A model generated the notes under the pieces. That model was not told the DNA's origin and did not search any database. It worked only from the letters and a program-made list of their open reading frames with translations. Positions 18,170-29,801 of a stretch of 64,000 nucleotides of DNA are shown one piece after another. Where the stretch lies: NCBI GenBank assembly GCA_963675525.2, contig CAXXSL010000005.1, forward strand, positions 64,001 to 128,000. The letters are read 5' to 3'. Position 1 is the first letter of the stretch. Every line of letters starts with the position of its first letter. The DNA is from Anaerohalosphaeraceae bacterium. GTDB lineage: Bacteria; Planctomycetota; Phycisphaerae; Sedimentisphaerales; Anaerohalosphaeraceae. The position numbers and the translations under genes were made by a program.

Positions 18170-19214
18170 ATGAGCATAAAACGATATATCAATCTGATGA
18201 TCCTTCTGTTGTTGGCGGTTTTTATTATATTTTCTGTCAACGGTGCTTTTATGGGTGCCCGGCGAGCGCAGGCTTTTTTCAACTCCATCCCCATGATGAC
18301 ATTCTGGGGTGTCCTGCTGTTTGTTCTGATAGCAGGATTTTTCATGTATGCTTCGTTACGAAAACGCTTTGGGTTGATGCTAATCCATGGCGGCTGTTTA
18401 CTGGTACTTGGAGGCGGAGTGCTGGGTTCGGAAGCCGGATTCCGTTTTTTCAATCAACTATTTGATCAACAATCATTTACAAAGGGGCAAATGACGCTCC
18501 ATCAGGGGCAATCATCTAATCGTGTCGTTTCAGAAATGGAAGACAGCATTAACGAATTGCCGTTTGCTGTACGGCTTGAAAAGGCATTTGTCGAATATTA
18601 TGATGAGCCTGCTATCCGTCTTCATTTTGGCGATGCGATGCATTTTATGATTCCGTCGCAAGTTGGCGAAAAAATCGAAATTCCAGATGGGCGCGGGACC
18701 GTTCAAATTATTACGGCTTACAAGAATTTTAAAATGAAACAAGTCGATGGTCAACGGATTCCTTATGACTCAGATGGCCCCGAATCTAATCCTGCTTATC
18801 AACTGACGATAACGTTGGCCGGAGGGAAACCGGAAACCTTGTTTGTCTTTGAACGTTTTCCGATGCACGCAATGCCCGGTAAAATCTATTCTGCCGAGTA
18901 TGTAGCGCCGCAAATTGTCAAAGATTACAAGAGTGACCTGCAGGTTGTTAAGGACGGCGAACTTGTTAAGCAGGCAACGATTGAGGTCAATAAGCCGCTG
19001 TTTTATGGAGGGTTTCATTTTTATCAGCATACCTTCAGCTATGATCAATTGGGGGCCGATCAGCGGCATTATGGTGGCATCCGCCCGGGGTGTCCGGCTT
19101 GTATTTCTGGGCTACGCAGCGATTTTCATCGGTCTGCTGAAGCACTTTTATCCGAAGCTTTTTATGAAAAAGTGCGACATCAAAGACACGAAAGGGTTGC
19201 CGGATGATAATTAA
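18170..19214 (+). CDS. ResB/CcsB-like cytochrome c biogenesis protein (apparent frameshift near 19050)
   Basis: N-terminal TMs with LIHGG, DYKSDL..IEVNKPL.YGGFHFYQ; final TM continues in the frame ending at 19214. Confidence 0.75.
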
Positions 19215-19998
19215 GCCGGACATACAGGGCTATTTGATTTATAGTACGATGCTGGGGTACCTGACTGTTTTATTGATGGCGTTGAAATATCCCAAACAGG
19301 CCAAAGTTCTTTTTGTCAGTTCCTTTCTGGTCAGTTCGGCGGCATTGATTTATCGCTGGAGTGTCGTTGGGCATCTGCCGATGCAGAATATGTTTGAAGT
19401 TTTTCTTTTTTTGGGATTCTGTATCTGGCCAATTCATATTTTCTCCAAAAAAATTCTTCGTACGAATCATTCTGTTCTTATGATGATTGACGGTGCGATA
19501 GGAGTGGTTGTTCTTTTTCCGGCGGGTTTTATCTTTAACCATCATCCCCAGTTTCTGCCTCCGGCACTGCAATACTGGCTTTTTGGGCCACATGTCGCTG
19601 CTTATATGCTTGCGTATATCTTTATGACCAAAGCAGCGGTTTTTGCGTTGGGAGGACTCATTTTGTCATCTCGCAACATGCCGTCAAATAATACGATGGC
19701 TGATTCGGGATATCAGTTGATTGCGGCCGGTTTCCCATTGCTTACGCTGGGGTTATTTCTGGGGTCTATCTGGGGTAAATATGCATGGGGCGACTGGTGG
19801 GGGTGGGATCCCAAAGAACTCTGGTCACTTGTTTGCTGGCTGGTTTATGTGCTTTATTTACATGTTCGATTCGCCTGGCCTCGGCGGCAACAGATTCATA
19901 ACGTCCTGAATATCATCGGACTGGTTTGTATTATTATTACGTTATTGTGGGTTAATCTTTCGAAACTGTTTCCCGGTTTACATAACTACACCTCGTAA
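19204..19998 (+). CDS. ccsA: Cytochrome c biogenesis protein CcsA (system II)
   Basis: GHLPMQNMFE, LPPALQ..HV, WWD motif GSIWGKYAWGDWWGWDPKE, YLH, GLHNY. Confidence 0.92.
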   Translation: MIIKPDIQGYLIYSTMLGYLTVLLMALKYPKQAKVLFVSSFLVSSAALIYRWSVVGHLPMQNMFEVFLFLGFCIWPIHIFSKKILRTNHSVLMMIDGAIGVVVLFPAGFIFNHHPQFLPPALQYWLFGPHVAAYMLAYIFMTKAAVFALGGLILSSRNMPSNNTMADSGYQLIAAGFPLLTLGLFLGSIWGKYAWGDWWGWDPKELWSLVCWLVYVLYLHVRFAWPRRQQIHNVLNIIGLVCIIITLLWVNLSKLFPGLHNYTS

Positions 19999-20034
19999 TG
20001 TGTACTCAAAACGTCGTTCGATTCGGGCATGATC

Positions 20035-20667
20035 TTATCTGGCTGAAAGCATCCCCTGTGCCATCTGTTTCCATGCATCGGGGCCTTTGTTGAGAAACAT
20101 TTCAAATGACTCGTCATCTGCCAATTTGACGAGCAATATCTTACGGTCTTCCAGAGGGATACTGCTGGCGATGATCTCTTTACGAATACCATCGAGACAA
20201 TCCAAAAAGCGGGCATGATCTTCGGTGATCAGTTCTTGGAATTTCCGTCTTAAATGGGCCGCATAGGCCGGGCACTTGCCGTTTGTGCTGATGGCAATCT
20301 GAAGATCCCCCTGCCGGACGATCGAGGGAACATAAAAATTGCACAGTTCCGGAACATCAACCACATTGCACAGAATTTTGAGCGTCTGGCAGTCATTATA
20401 GATACGGGTGTTCAGTTCATTGTCATCCGTGGCGGCGATTACCAGAAACGCGTCTGCCAGATGGGTACTTGAATACTCAGATTTCAGGATTTCGATGTCA
20501 AGCCCGGTACAGGTCTTTTCAAAGTCTTTTTCGACTGTTTTTGTGACAACTCGCACATTAGCCCCGGCCCGTAGAAGCGTTTTGACTTTTCTGGCGCCGA
20601 CCGAACCGGCTCCCACAACAACCGCTCGAGTTCCTGTTAAATCAAGATAAATCGGATATTTAGCCAT
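20035..20667 (-). CDS. Precorrin-2 dehydrogenase / sirohydrochlorin ferrochelatase (CysG N-terminal/SirC/Met8p family)
   Basis: YPIYLDL, VVGAGSVGARK, NVVDVPELCNFYVP, AISTNGKCP. Confidence 0.92.
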   Translation of the reverse strand: MAKYPIYLDLTGTRAVVVGAGSVGARKVKTLLRAGANVRVVTKTVEKDFEKTCTGLDIEILKSEYSSTHLADAFLVIAATDDNELNTRIYNDCQTLKILCNVVDVPELCNFYVPSIVRQGDLQIAISTNGKCPAYAAHLRRKFQELITEDHARFLDCLDGIRKEIIASSIPLEDRKILLVKLADDESFEMFLNKGPDAWKQMAQGMLSAR

Positions 20668-20806
20668 AGTGAAAGGATTATACACATTCTGTTTATCATT
20701 GCCAACTGTAAATATAAATCAGAAACGGTTGTTTTCTGTGTGGATTGCGTGTATAATAATGTGGTGATTGTAATAGATCGTAAAGGCATAATCGAAAGGG
20801 TTGGAT

Positions 20807-21259
20807 ATGCAGGCTATTACGATAGGTCAAGTCCTGGGGCACGCCGAAAAATTCGAGGAGATGCTGTCTGAGTTCTATCGAACATTTTCCGAGCAAAATC
20901 CTCACGAAGGTGTACGGCTCTTAACGGAATATATGAGTCGCCACGGCTGCCACATTAGAGATATGCTGAGCGAATTGACCGTCGAGCAAACAGACCATGT
21001 TCTGAATGTTCCCTTGTCTTATGAGCCTTCTATTCCGGATTGTCGCTGCTTTGAAACACTTGATTTACCAATCGATGCTGACGCCGCCCATCTGTTGGAT
21101 GCTGCGATACTTCTTGATGAATGCCTGATGCAGTTGTATCGTCAGGTCGTCCGTCAGCCTGTGGAACGTCAGATCAAGGAATTGTTTGAGGGATTGATAC
21201 AGGTTCTTGAACAGGATGAGATTCAATTGAAAAAAATTAAAGCGATGGATTATTTCTAA
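20807..21259 (+). CDS. Hypothetical protein, possibly ferritin-like four-helix bundle
   Basis: Helical 150-aa ORF with E..L..FY and duplicated helical pattern (LMQLYR..IKELFEGL..LE); no definitive motif. Confidence 0.55.
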   Translation: MQAITIGQVLGHAEKFEEMLSEFYRTFSEQNPHEGVRLLTEYMSRHGCHIRDMLSELTVEQTDHVLNVPLSYEPSIPDCRCFETLDLPIDADAAHLLDAAILLDECLMQLYRQVVRQPVERQIKELFEGLIQVLEQDEIQLKKIKAMDYF

Positions 21260-21278
21260 CACCCTTTGCATAGACAAA

Positions 21279-21315
21279 AAAATGGTTTTTCCCAGACTCT
21301 GAGAAAAACCATTTT
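21279..21315. terminator. Probable bidirectional terminator
   Basis: AAAATGGTTTTTCCCAG-ACT-CTGAGAAAAACCATTTT between converging genes. Confidence 0.65.
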
Positions 21316-21339
21316 CGATGAGACATTTACAAAAAATGA

Positions 21340-23853
21340 TTAAATGCCGTTTTTATTTTTTCTGATGATTTCCGAAGCAGAGCAGTTTCGTTGCGGGGCA
21401 TAGCCTTTCAGGGGCAGGATGTGCTCATGGACGGTATCCAGAAAATCTGCCGGGTATGGGAAGAATGATTCCTCTACTTCATCCGGCGGAGTGATCCAGT
21501 TCTTGGCTCCCAGAACGACCGGCGGGGCGTCCAGTTCGTCAAATGCCAGCGTGTTGATGGTCGAGGCCATCGTATGCAGGAAGCTGCCGCGTTCGCAGGC
21601 ATCGGAAGCCAGTAGAATCTTGCGTGTCTTCTTCACGGATTCGATGACTTTTTCGTAATTGAACGGCACCATTGAGCGGGCATCGATGATTTCACAGCTT
21701 AAGCCGTATTTTTCTTCCATCTCTTTGGCGGCCTCAATTGCGCGGTAAAGCGTTGCACCGATAGTCAGAATGGTCAGGTCATTGCCTTCCTTGCGAATCG
21801 CCGGTTCACCGAACGGGACTTCGTAGGCTTCCTTCGGTACGCCGCCGGGGACGAATTCTTCAGCCATGCCGTAAAGCCGTTGACTTTCAAAGAAAATCAC
21901 CGGGTCTGTTCCGGTCAGAGCCGAATACATCATTCCTTTGGCGTCATAAGGCGTTGCGGGGGAAAGCGACTTTCAGGCCCGGAATATGGGCACATAAAGC
22001 GGTCCAGTCCTGACTGTGCTGTGCGCCATACTTGCTGCCGACAGAAACTCGCATGACAAGCGGCATCTTCAGCAGATCCGCCGCTCATCGACTGCCATTT
22101 ACACAGTCTGGTTGAATACTTCGTCGCCGGCACGGCCGAGGAAGTCACAATACATCAGTTCGATCAATGCACGTCCGCCTTCCAATGCGTAACCAACCGC
22201 AGTTCCGGTACAATGGCCGCCTTCAGCAATCGGCGAATTGAACAAGCGATGATACGGAAGCGCCTCAGTCAGGCCGCGATAAACAGCGAAAGGCACCGCC
22301 CCAATCACGGTTTTCTTCACCATAGGCGAACAGAGTGTCGGATCGCTGTATAGAACCGGTCAATAATCGCTTCAAACAGAGTCCGTCACGAATACCGATG
22401 CAGCGCGTATCTTTAAGCCGCTGGCCGTTTTCATCAAATGCCGAACGACTTCGAGAAGCCAGGCTCTTGAACACGCGGGTTTTCCTCAATCGTGGGAATT
22501 AAAACATCCGGCTTTCTGCCCGGTTCCATGGACTCGACTTTTTGATTCGAATACATCGTTTGCTCAAGCAAGTGGTTTTCTTTCATCAGGTCAGCACGCG
22601 GAGAAATCGTTACAGGTCAACCGCCTTCTTTGCAGGCCTTGACCATCAGTTCCTCAGCGTATTCTTGAGGATTTCTTCGAAGTCTTGCCATTGTCACAGA
22701 CATCTTGGCCTTGACCAGTTCTTTTCCGAAAGTGAACGTGTCGGGTCATGTTCCTGCCAGGCTTCGATTTCGCTCTTTTCACGATAGCTGCTCTGGTCGG
22801 AGGGCGAGTGGCCGCTGTAACGATAGGTGATCGTATCGAGCAGAACCGGGCCTTCGCCTTTTTCAAGAATTTCACTTCTTGCGGCGCAATCGCGTCAGCA
22901 TTACCGCCAGCGGATTGTAACCATCGACACGTTCGGCGTGCATCTGTTCGGGATTCATGCCTGCACCGATTCGTGCCAGTGTACGTTGAAGCCCATCGTT
23001 TCGCCTTCAGGCTGGCCGCCCATACCGTAGAAGTTATTGTAGAAGTTGATAATCAGCGGCAGTCCACCACGATGGGATTCGTCCCAGAGTTTTTTGAACT
23101 GGTCCATCGTCGCAAAGCACAGGCCTTCCCAGACCGGGCCGCAAGCTGAAGAAGCGTCACCGATGTTGCCGATGACGATACCGGGCTTTCTAGGTTGACT
23201 TTTTTAAACAGAGCCGCACCAACGGAAATATCGCCGGACCCGCCGACGATGGCGTTGTTCGGATAAACGCCGAACGGCGGGAAGAAAGCGTGCATCGAGC
23301 CGCCCATGCCTTTGTTCCAATCCGGCTCACGTCCAAAGATTTCAGCCAGAGTGCCATAGATCAGGAAATCGACGGCCAGGTCTTTCGACGCTGCCTTTAG
23401 CATCTTTTTCGACAATTCGCAGACAGTGGCCGCCAAAATAGTTTTCCATGATGTGCATCAGCGCCTTGTCGTCCAGTTTTTCAATGGCCGAGAGACCCTT
23501 TGGCGAGAATTTCACCGTGACTGCGATGACTGCCGAAGATGTGGTCGTCGATACCCAGTATGATACGCCTGGCCGACCGCCGCGGCTTCCTGGCCGATGG
23601 ACAGGTGCGCCGGGCCGTTGTGCATGTATTCGATGCCCATGTAATTGCCGCGCAGCTTGATCTCGTTGAGCATGTTCTCAAACGTGCGGATGATGGTCAT
23701 GTCCCGCTGGATGCGAATCAGGTCCTCATCGCTGTAACGGTTTGCGTTCGTCCTTGATACGATTTCTTGTATTGGTTGACCGGGATCGGCTTGAATTCGA
23801 TCTGACCGCTCTTGCGGGCCTGTTCGGGGTTGACAATTCGATACTTTTGGCAT
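21340..23853 (-). CDS. Fused alpha/beta E1 thiamine-diphosphate-dependent dehydrogenase (many indels, probably sequencing errors)
   Basis: Fragments in successive frames: [94 protein letters not shown]. Confidence 0.85.
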
Positions 23854-23895
23854 TGTTTGTTACTCCTTGGTATCCTGAAATAAGGGACATATGGA

Positions 23896-24710
23896 TTATT
23901 CGTTTCCTTTGATTCGTTTGGAAAGATACCTGCGACGCTGTTGCTGATTCGAAAGAAATTCAGCCCATTCATCGGAGGGTCTTTCTTTCGGTGATACGAC
24001 TTTTGAGATACATTTCAAAATCGGCGATAATCTTGTACAGGGCCGGATGGCCGAACTTACTGCTGTCGGCCAGCAAAATGCATTTTCACGCGCATTGCGT
24101 GAGACAAGCTTTAATAATATGGGCGCTCTCGATATCCACCGAGCTTAAGCCCGAAGTCGATGCTCATGCCCGTCTGCTGCCGATGAAACGCGCGATAGCC
24201 GCGCAGTTGTTCGAGGACTTCTCCAATGCAATCGGCCCCACGGTGTCCATGCGGTCCTGGTCGGAACTGGCCGCCGAGCATTAACAGCAGCGTATCCACG
24301 CCGGGGGCGTATTCAACTCCTGGGCCGTACGCACCGAGTTGACAATCACCCGACAGGCCGCTTTTTGCCCCGCAGCGAAGCGCGGTCATCGCAAAACACG
24401 TCGTTCCGGGAATCGAGAAAGATTTGATCGCCGTCAGTCAACCATAACGGCCGGCCAACTGGGGCGATGGCACTTTTTTGGCTTCGATGTTTCGCATGGA
24501 CTTGGACAGAAACGAGTAATCCGAACCGCGGACCACCGATGCCCCCCCGTGATTGAGTTCCAGCAGGCCTTCGGATCAGCCAGACCGTGCAAAATCCCGG
24601 CGGATCGTGGCTTCGGAAACGCCTGGAGCTGCCTCGGCCAGGTCACTGCACCAAAACGCGACCTTCCTGATAGGCAAAAGACCGAGTATTTGTTCTTTTC
24701 TCGGTTCCAT
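23896..24710 (-). CDS. DeoR/GlpR-family transcriptional regulator (frameshifted in this sequence; 3' end approximate)
   Basis: MEPRKEQIL..SDLAE..VSEATIRRD HTH; downstream fragments MVDGG and LLMLGGQFRP. Confidence 0.75.
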
Positions 24711-24980
24711 ATTCGCTTTGTTTAAGTTTCCCGTATTTGCTGAATTGCCGGAAGTCATTGAGCCGCCCATCCAGTTGCTTCAATGCTGGATCCCGACTCA
24801 ATGGCCGCCGATGACTCATCTTGAATTGAGAAAGTTTATTAGATGTATAAATAAATCATAAACGCAACATGAAATTTGCAACACAATATTTGAAAATTTA
24901 TGCTTGATATTCAGGATTGGATTGTTGTATGACCTATACTCTGGTCATAATATCATGGATTCACCCTAACAGGAGAACGC

Positions 24981-27051
24981 ATGTCTATGCACAAAATACA
25001 GTTATCCCGAAAAAGGGCGGTTTCCGGAATCAGCCGCAAGTGCGTTCTATACAAATGGAATTAAGGATTCCGGAGACACGCTTCAGAAAGAGGCGAAGGC
25101 CTCTGCATTCAAATTCAGGTCGGCCGGAGAGCTATTTGAAATCTTGAATCAGCCCGAAGCGATGGAACCCTGCTGGCGGTGGTGACGAGGCTCCCGGCAG
25201 TGTGGTTTTCAATGCTGATACAGCCGCTTGCCATCCTCGGCGAAGTCCGGACAGGACGCTTCTCAAAATTAGTGAGCTCAATATGCAAGCAAAAAACACC
25301 CCCCTGCCCCCCTTAAAAAAACGACCCTGAGGCCGACAATACAGAGGCCTGTAAAAACCGGAGACAGCAACTGATGAAGACACGAAAGAGGAACCGTTCC
25401 GACGGCGGGCAACAAACCACAGGAAATCCCGAGAATGTTATCCCCATTTTAATGCCGCAGGCCGGCCAGAGCATGGAAGAAGGCACGATTCTGGCCTGGA
25501 AAGTCAAAGAAGGCGATATGATCGCCGTCGGGCAGGTCGTCATGGAAATCGAAACCGACAAGGCTACCATGGAAGTGGAAGCGACGGACGCAGGCCGTGT
25601 AGGTCGGATTATTCATAATGAAGGTGATATTGTTGAAGTCAAGAAGCCGGTAGCGTTTATCGCAGATAACGATGCGGATATTGACGCCTATTTGGCGGGC
25701 GAAGGTACTGTGGCGCAGGTCTCCCAAAGTGCGCCTGCGTCGGTAGCAGCCCCGACCCCTGAAAGTGCACCTGCGCCGGCAGTAGCCCCGACACCTGAAA
25801 GTGCTCCAACGCCAACGGTATCACCGACGCCGACACCTGCTGAACCGGCTATTTCCGTGCCGGAAGGTGCGGTAACCCCAATCCTGATGCCGCAGGCCGG
25901 GCAGAGTATGGAAGAAGGCACGATCCTGTCCTGGAAGGTCAAAGAAGGCGACCGCATCGAAGTCGGACAGGTTATCATGGAGATCGAAACCGACAAAGCG
26001 ACCATGGAGGTCGAAGCGGTTGATGCCGGACGGATTGCGAAAATCGTATCACAGGAAGGTGACATCGTCGAAGTCAAAGTGCCTGTCGCCTACTTAGCGG
26101 AAGAAGATGTTGACATCAATGCGTATCTGGGTTCAACCGGAACAACAATAGAAGCCCCCAAGCCAACAGCAGGCGGGCCAACGGTCAGCGCACCTAAAGA
26201 AACTGCTCCAACCACTCAAAAAGCACCTGTCTCCGTGAGTGAGGACCGGACGTGTCAAAGCCTCTCCGGCGGCTCGCAAAGCAGCCCAACAGGCAGGTGT
26301 CGACCTGACCTCGGTCGGTGAAGGCAGCGGCCCCGGCGGACGCATCCTCTCGACGGATGTGGAAGGTGCCGGTGTCAGCACAGAAGGAACAAGGACTTAT
26401 ACTGTCAGCAAGATGCGGCGTGCGATCGCCAATAACCTGTTGTATTCCAAACAGAATGTCCCGCATTTTTACGCGAAAACGACGATTGATGCGGGATTGC
26501 TGTTCAGCACCTACAAGAAAACCAAAGAACAATTCAAGTGCAGCGTTAATGACTTTATCACCCGTGCCTGTTCTAAAGCGATGCGTCAGTATCCGGCATT
26601 CCGAAGCCAATATAAGGATGCTGAAGTTATCGAACATTCATCCGTCAATATCGGTATCGCCGTCGGCACCGACAACGGGTTGACAGTGCCTGTAATATTG
26701 GATGCGGACCGCATGAATCTGGAGCAGTTGGCGGTCAAAACCCGTCAAATCGTCGAATCGGCGCGTAACGGAAAATTGGAAGGCATGGGACAGGGATTGT
26801 TCACCATCACCAACCTGGGTATGTTCGGCGTGGAAGAATTTTCGGCGATCATTAATCCGCCGGAATCAGCTATTTTGGCCGTAGGCGCGATTCGGGAAGG
26901 CGTTGCTGTCAAAGACGGTCAGATGCATCCGACACGGTTGATGACTGTAACACTGAGCAGCGACCATCGGATCATTGACGGCATTCTATCAGCACAATTC
27001 CTGCAAACGTTAAAAGAGCTTCTCGAAAAACCTGAGCAGTTGATTTCATAA
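24981..27051 (+). CDS. Dihydrolipoamide acyltransferase E2 with two intact and one degenerate lipoyl domain (frameshifted in this sequence)
   Basis: Two MPQAGQSMEEG..IETDKATMEV domains, Pro/Ala linker, E3-binding ASPAARK..GSGPGGRI, catalytic TITNLGMFG and DHRIIDG; AGGAG RBS before ATG 24981. Confidence 0.85.
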
Positions 27052-27070
27052 ATAGACAAGGATATTGATC

Positions 27071-28501
27071 ATGGCAGAACATTATCAGGTTGCAGTCATC
27101 GGTGCCGGGCCGGGCGGTTATATTGCCGCCCTGAAAGCGGCTCAATTGGGTGCCAAGACGGCGGTTGTCGAAAAACATCATCTCGGCGGAACCTGCCTCA
27201 ATTACGGCTGTATTCCTTCCAAGGCGCTGCTGGCTTCGGCAGAACTGATCCATCGAATTCATCAATCCGCTTCACTGGGCGTAAGGGTTAATGGTACGGT
27301 TGACTTTGACTGGCCGGGCATTCAAAAACGAAAAGATAAAGTCCTGATGAAACTGCGCGGCGGCATCAAAGGGCTCTTCGGGGCTCGCAATGTTACGCTC
27401 TATTCCGGCGGTGCCGTTCTTGATGGTGCCGGCAAAGTCAATCTAACCGATGCCAACGGCGGGATGGATTCTTTCAAGGCCGACAGCATTATCCTGGCAA
27501 CCGGTTCGATACCGGCTCGCATACCGGGATGGCCGACGGACCCGGAACTTGTTTGCACCTCGGACGAAGCGCTGCACTGGAAGGATCTGCCCAAGAAACT
27601 GCTGATCGTCGGCGGCGGGGTCATCGGCTGTGAGTTTGCCTGTATGATGCACGAATACGGCGTTGAAGTGACCATCGTTGAATTGATGGATTCGCTGCTG
27701 CCGGAAATGGAACCGTCGTTGGGTACGACGTTGCAGGATGTTTTCGTTAAGCGAGGGATGAAAATATATACCGGCGTTAAGGTGGAAAATCTTGAAGCCA
27801 AAGGCGGCGGTGTGGAAGCGGTCATTTCCGGCAACCAAACGCTGACGGTTGATAAGGTTCTGGTTGCCACGGGTCGACGGCCCAACACACAGAACATCGG
27901 ACTGGAAAGTATTGGACTGGAAACCGATCGCGGCTTTATCCGCGTCAATGATAAAATGGAAACAGCGGTCAAGGGGTATTACTGTATCGGTGATGCCAAC
28001 GGCCGGTGTCTGTTGGCACATGCCGCTAGTGCGCAGGGCGAAGTGGCGGTTGAGAATGCACTTGGTCACAGCAAAGAACAGACCCTCCCCATACCGAATG
28101 CGGTTTATACCTTTCCGGAAATTGCTTCGGTAGGCATCTCCACCAAACAGGCCCAAAAACAGGGAATTCCGATTCGAGTCGGCGAATTCCCAATCGGTTA
28201 TCTGGGCAAGGCGATGGCTGTCGGGGAAGAATTCGGTTTTGTTCGGGTGATACGGCACTATGAAGATGAGACATTGCTCGGCGTTCACATCATCGGGCAT
28301 AATGCGACCGAAATTATTGAAAGCGCTACGGCAATGCTGTCTCAAAAGGCCAGCGCCAAAGACCTGGCGGAAATGATCTTCGCTCATCCGACCCTTTCGG
28401 AGGCGGTCAAGGAAGCGGCCGAAGATTCATTCCAGAGTGCTTTGCACCTGCCGCCGCGAAAAATCACTCGTGTTATCGCCGAAGCGGAAGAAATCAATTA
28501 A
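27071..28501 (+). CDS. lpdA: Dihydrolipoamide dehydrogenase E3
   Basis: GAGPGGY, GGTCLNYGCIPSK, GGGVIGCE, HPTLSE. Confidence 0.96.
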   Translation: MAEHYQVAVIGAGPGGYIAALKAAQLGAKTAVVEKHHLGGTCLNYGCIPSKALLASAELIHRIHQSASLGVRVNGTVDFDWPGIQKRKDKVLMKLRGGIKGLFGARNVTLYSGGAVLDGAGKVNLTDANGGMDSFKADSIILATGSIPARIPGWPTDPELVCTSDEALHWKDLPKKLLIVGGGVIGCEFACMMHEYGVEVTIVELMDSLLPEMEPSLGTTLQDVFVKRGMKIYTGVKVENLEAKGGGVEAVISGNQTLTVDKVLVATGRRPNTQNIGLESIGLETDRGFIRVNDKMETAVKGYYCIGDANGRCLLAHAASAQGEVAVENALGHSKEQTLPIPNAVYTFPEIASVGISTKQAQKQGIPIRVGEFPIGYLGKAMAVGEEFGFVRVIRHYEDETLLGVHIIGHNATEIIESATAMLSQKASAKDLAEMIFAHPTLSEAVKEAAEDSFQSALHLPPRKITRVIAEAEEIN

Positions 28502-28516
28502 AGGGTACCATTATTC

Positions 28517-29788
28517 ATGCAGAACGCCGGATCACAAACAACAGATTTTCTTTTGGAACTTGGTACCGTTAATGAAATCAGAGACCGGGCCCAGAAAGGC
28601 GGCGGGTTCTCCGGGCCGGTTCCTTTTAATACGCATATCCATTTGCCGCCGAATTTCTCGGCCTTTGAAACCGTTCAGCAGGCCGTTGATCTGGCCGCCC
28701 AACAGGGCGTTGGGGTGCTGGGAGTGGGCAACTATTACGATTTCACGGTTTACCGGGAATTCGTCAAAGCCGTTCGGGAGAAGGGAATCTTTCCGCTTTT
28801 TGGCACGGAGATCATTGCTCTTGAAATGGAATTGCAACGGCAGGGTATTCGCATCAATGACCCCGGTAATCCGGGCAAATATTATATCTGTGGTAAGGGC
28901 ATTAGCCGCTTCGATCAGTTCACGCCCAGGGCCGATGAACTGCTCAAGCAGATTCGCCAAAGCGATGCGCTGCGGATGCAGGAAATGACCGACAAAATGG
29001 CGGCGGTGTTCAGCGAGCACGGTATCGATACCGGTCTGGACGAAGCGGCAGTTATCGCTCACATTGTGAAACGCCACGGTTGCGGTCCCGAGATGGTCAC
29101 CCTTCAGGAGCGACATCTGGCACAGGTCTTTCAGGAAGTCTTTTTTGAAAAAGTCCCGGTAGATCAACGCATTCATAAGTTGACGGAACTGTTTGGCACG
29201 GCACCCCAAACCGACGCCGGCAATGCGGTTGGTATTCAAAATGAAATTCGTTCGCACCTGATGAAGGCAGGAAAAGCCTGTTTCGTGCCGGAAACATTTG
29301 TCAATCTCGCGCAGGCGAAAGAACTGATCGCCGAATTGGGCGGCATTGCCTGTTATCCGGTTCTGGCGGATGGTTCCAAGCAGCGGTGCGAGTACGAAAC
29401 ACCCGTAGAGAGCCTCATCGAAACACTCAAGGCCGAGCAGTACGCAATGGTCGAGTTGATCCCTGTTCGTAACCAACCGGATGTGCTGACCGAGTATGTC
29501 ACGGCAATTCGCAAAGCGGGTATCGTGGTAGTCGCCGGCACTGAGCATAACACGCTCGATCTGCTGCCGATTGCCCCGACCTGTGCAGGGAGTCAGGCAA
29601 TACCGCAGGAAGTAAATGACATCTTCTGGGAAGGTGTTTGTGTTCTGGCAGCGCATGCATTCCTCAAAGCGCATCGGCAGACAGGTTTTGCGGAAGCGGC
29701 CGGCGATGCGGAAGCAAAAATCGCCGAGTTCAGCCGCATTGGCGCCGTCGTGCTTGAAAGATATTTCAGGAAGCAGAAATCAAGTTAA
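28517..29788 (+). CDS. PHP-domain-like metal-dependent hydrolase, function unknown
   Basis: NTHIHLPPNFS HxH motif, PLFGTEI, RINDPGNPGKYYICGKG, ELIPVRN, GTEHNT. Confidence 0.7.
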   Translation: MQNAGSQTTDFLLELGTVNEIRDRAQKGGGFSGPVPFNTHIHLPPNFSAFETVQQAVDLAAQQGVGVLGVGNYYDFTVYREFVKAVREKGIFPLFGTEIIALEMELQRQGIRINDPGNPGKYYICGKGISRFDQFTPRADELLKQIRQSDALRMQEMTDKMAAVFSEHGIDTGLDEAAVIAHIVKRHGCGPEMVTLQERHLAQVFQEVFFEKVPVDQRIHKLTELFGTAPQTDAGNAVGIQNEIRSHLMKAGKACFVPETFVNLAQAKELIAELGGIACYPVLADGSKQRCEYETPVESLIETLKAEQYAMVELIPVRNQPDVLTEYVTAIRKAGIVVVAGTEHNTLDLLPIAPTCAGSQAIPQEVNDIFWEGVCVLAAHAFLKAHRQTGFAEAAGDAEAKIAEFSRIGAVVLERYFRKQKSS

Positions 29789-29801
29789 GGATGATATATT
29801 A

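Noticed and set aside
24917..25383. ncRNA or riboswitch in the apparent gap before E2
   Set aside because: Better explained as the frameshifted 5' coding part of E2
25745..25840. Tandem repeat encoding APTPESAP
   Set aside because: Ordinary Pro/Ala-rich E2 linker
27443..29674. 314-aa and 380-aa minus-strand ORFs
   Set aside because: Antisense shadows of lpdA and the PHP-like gene with no recognisable motifs
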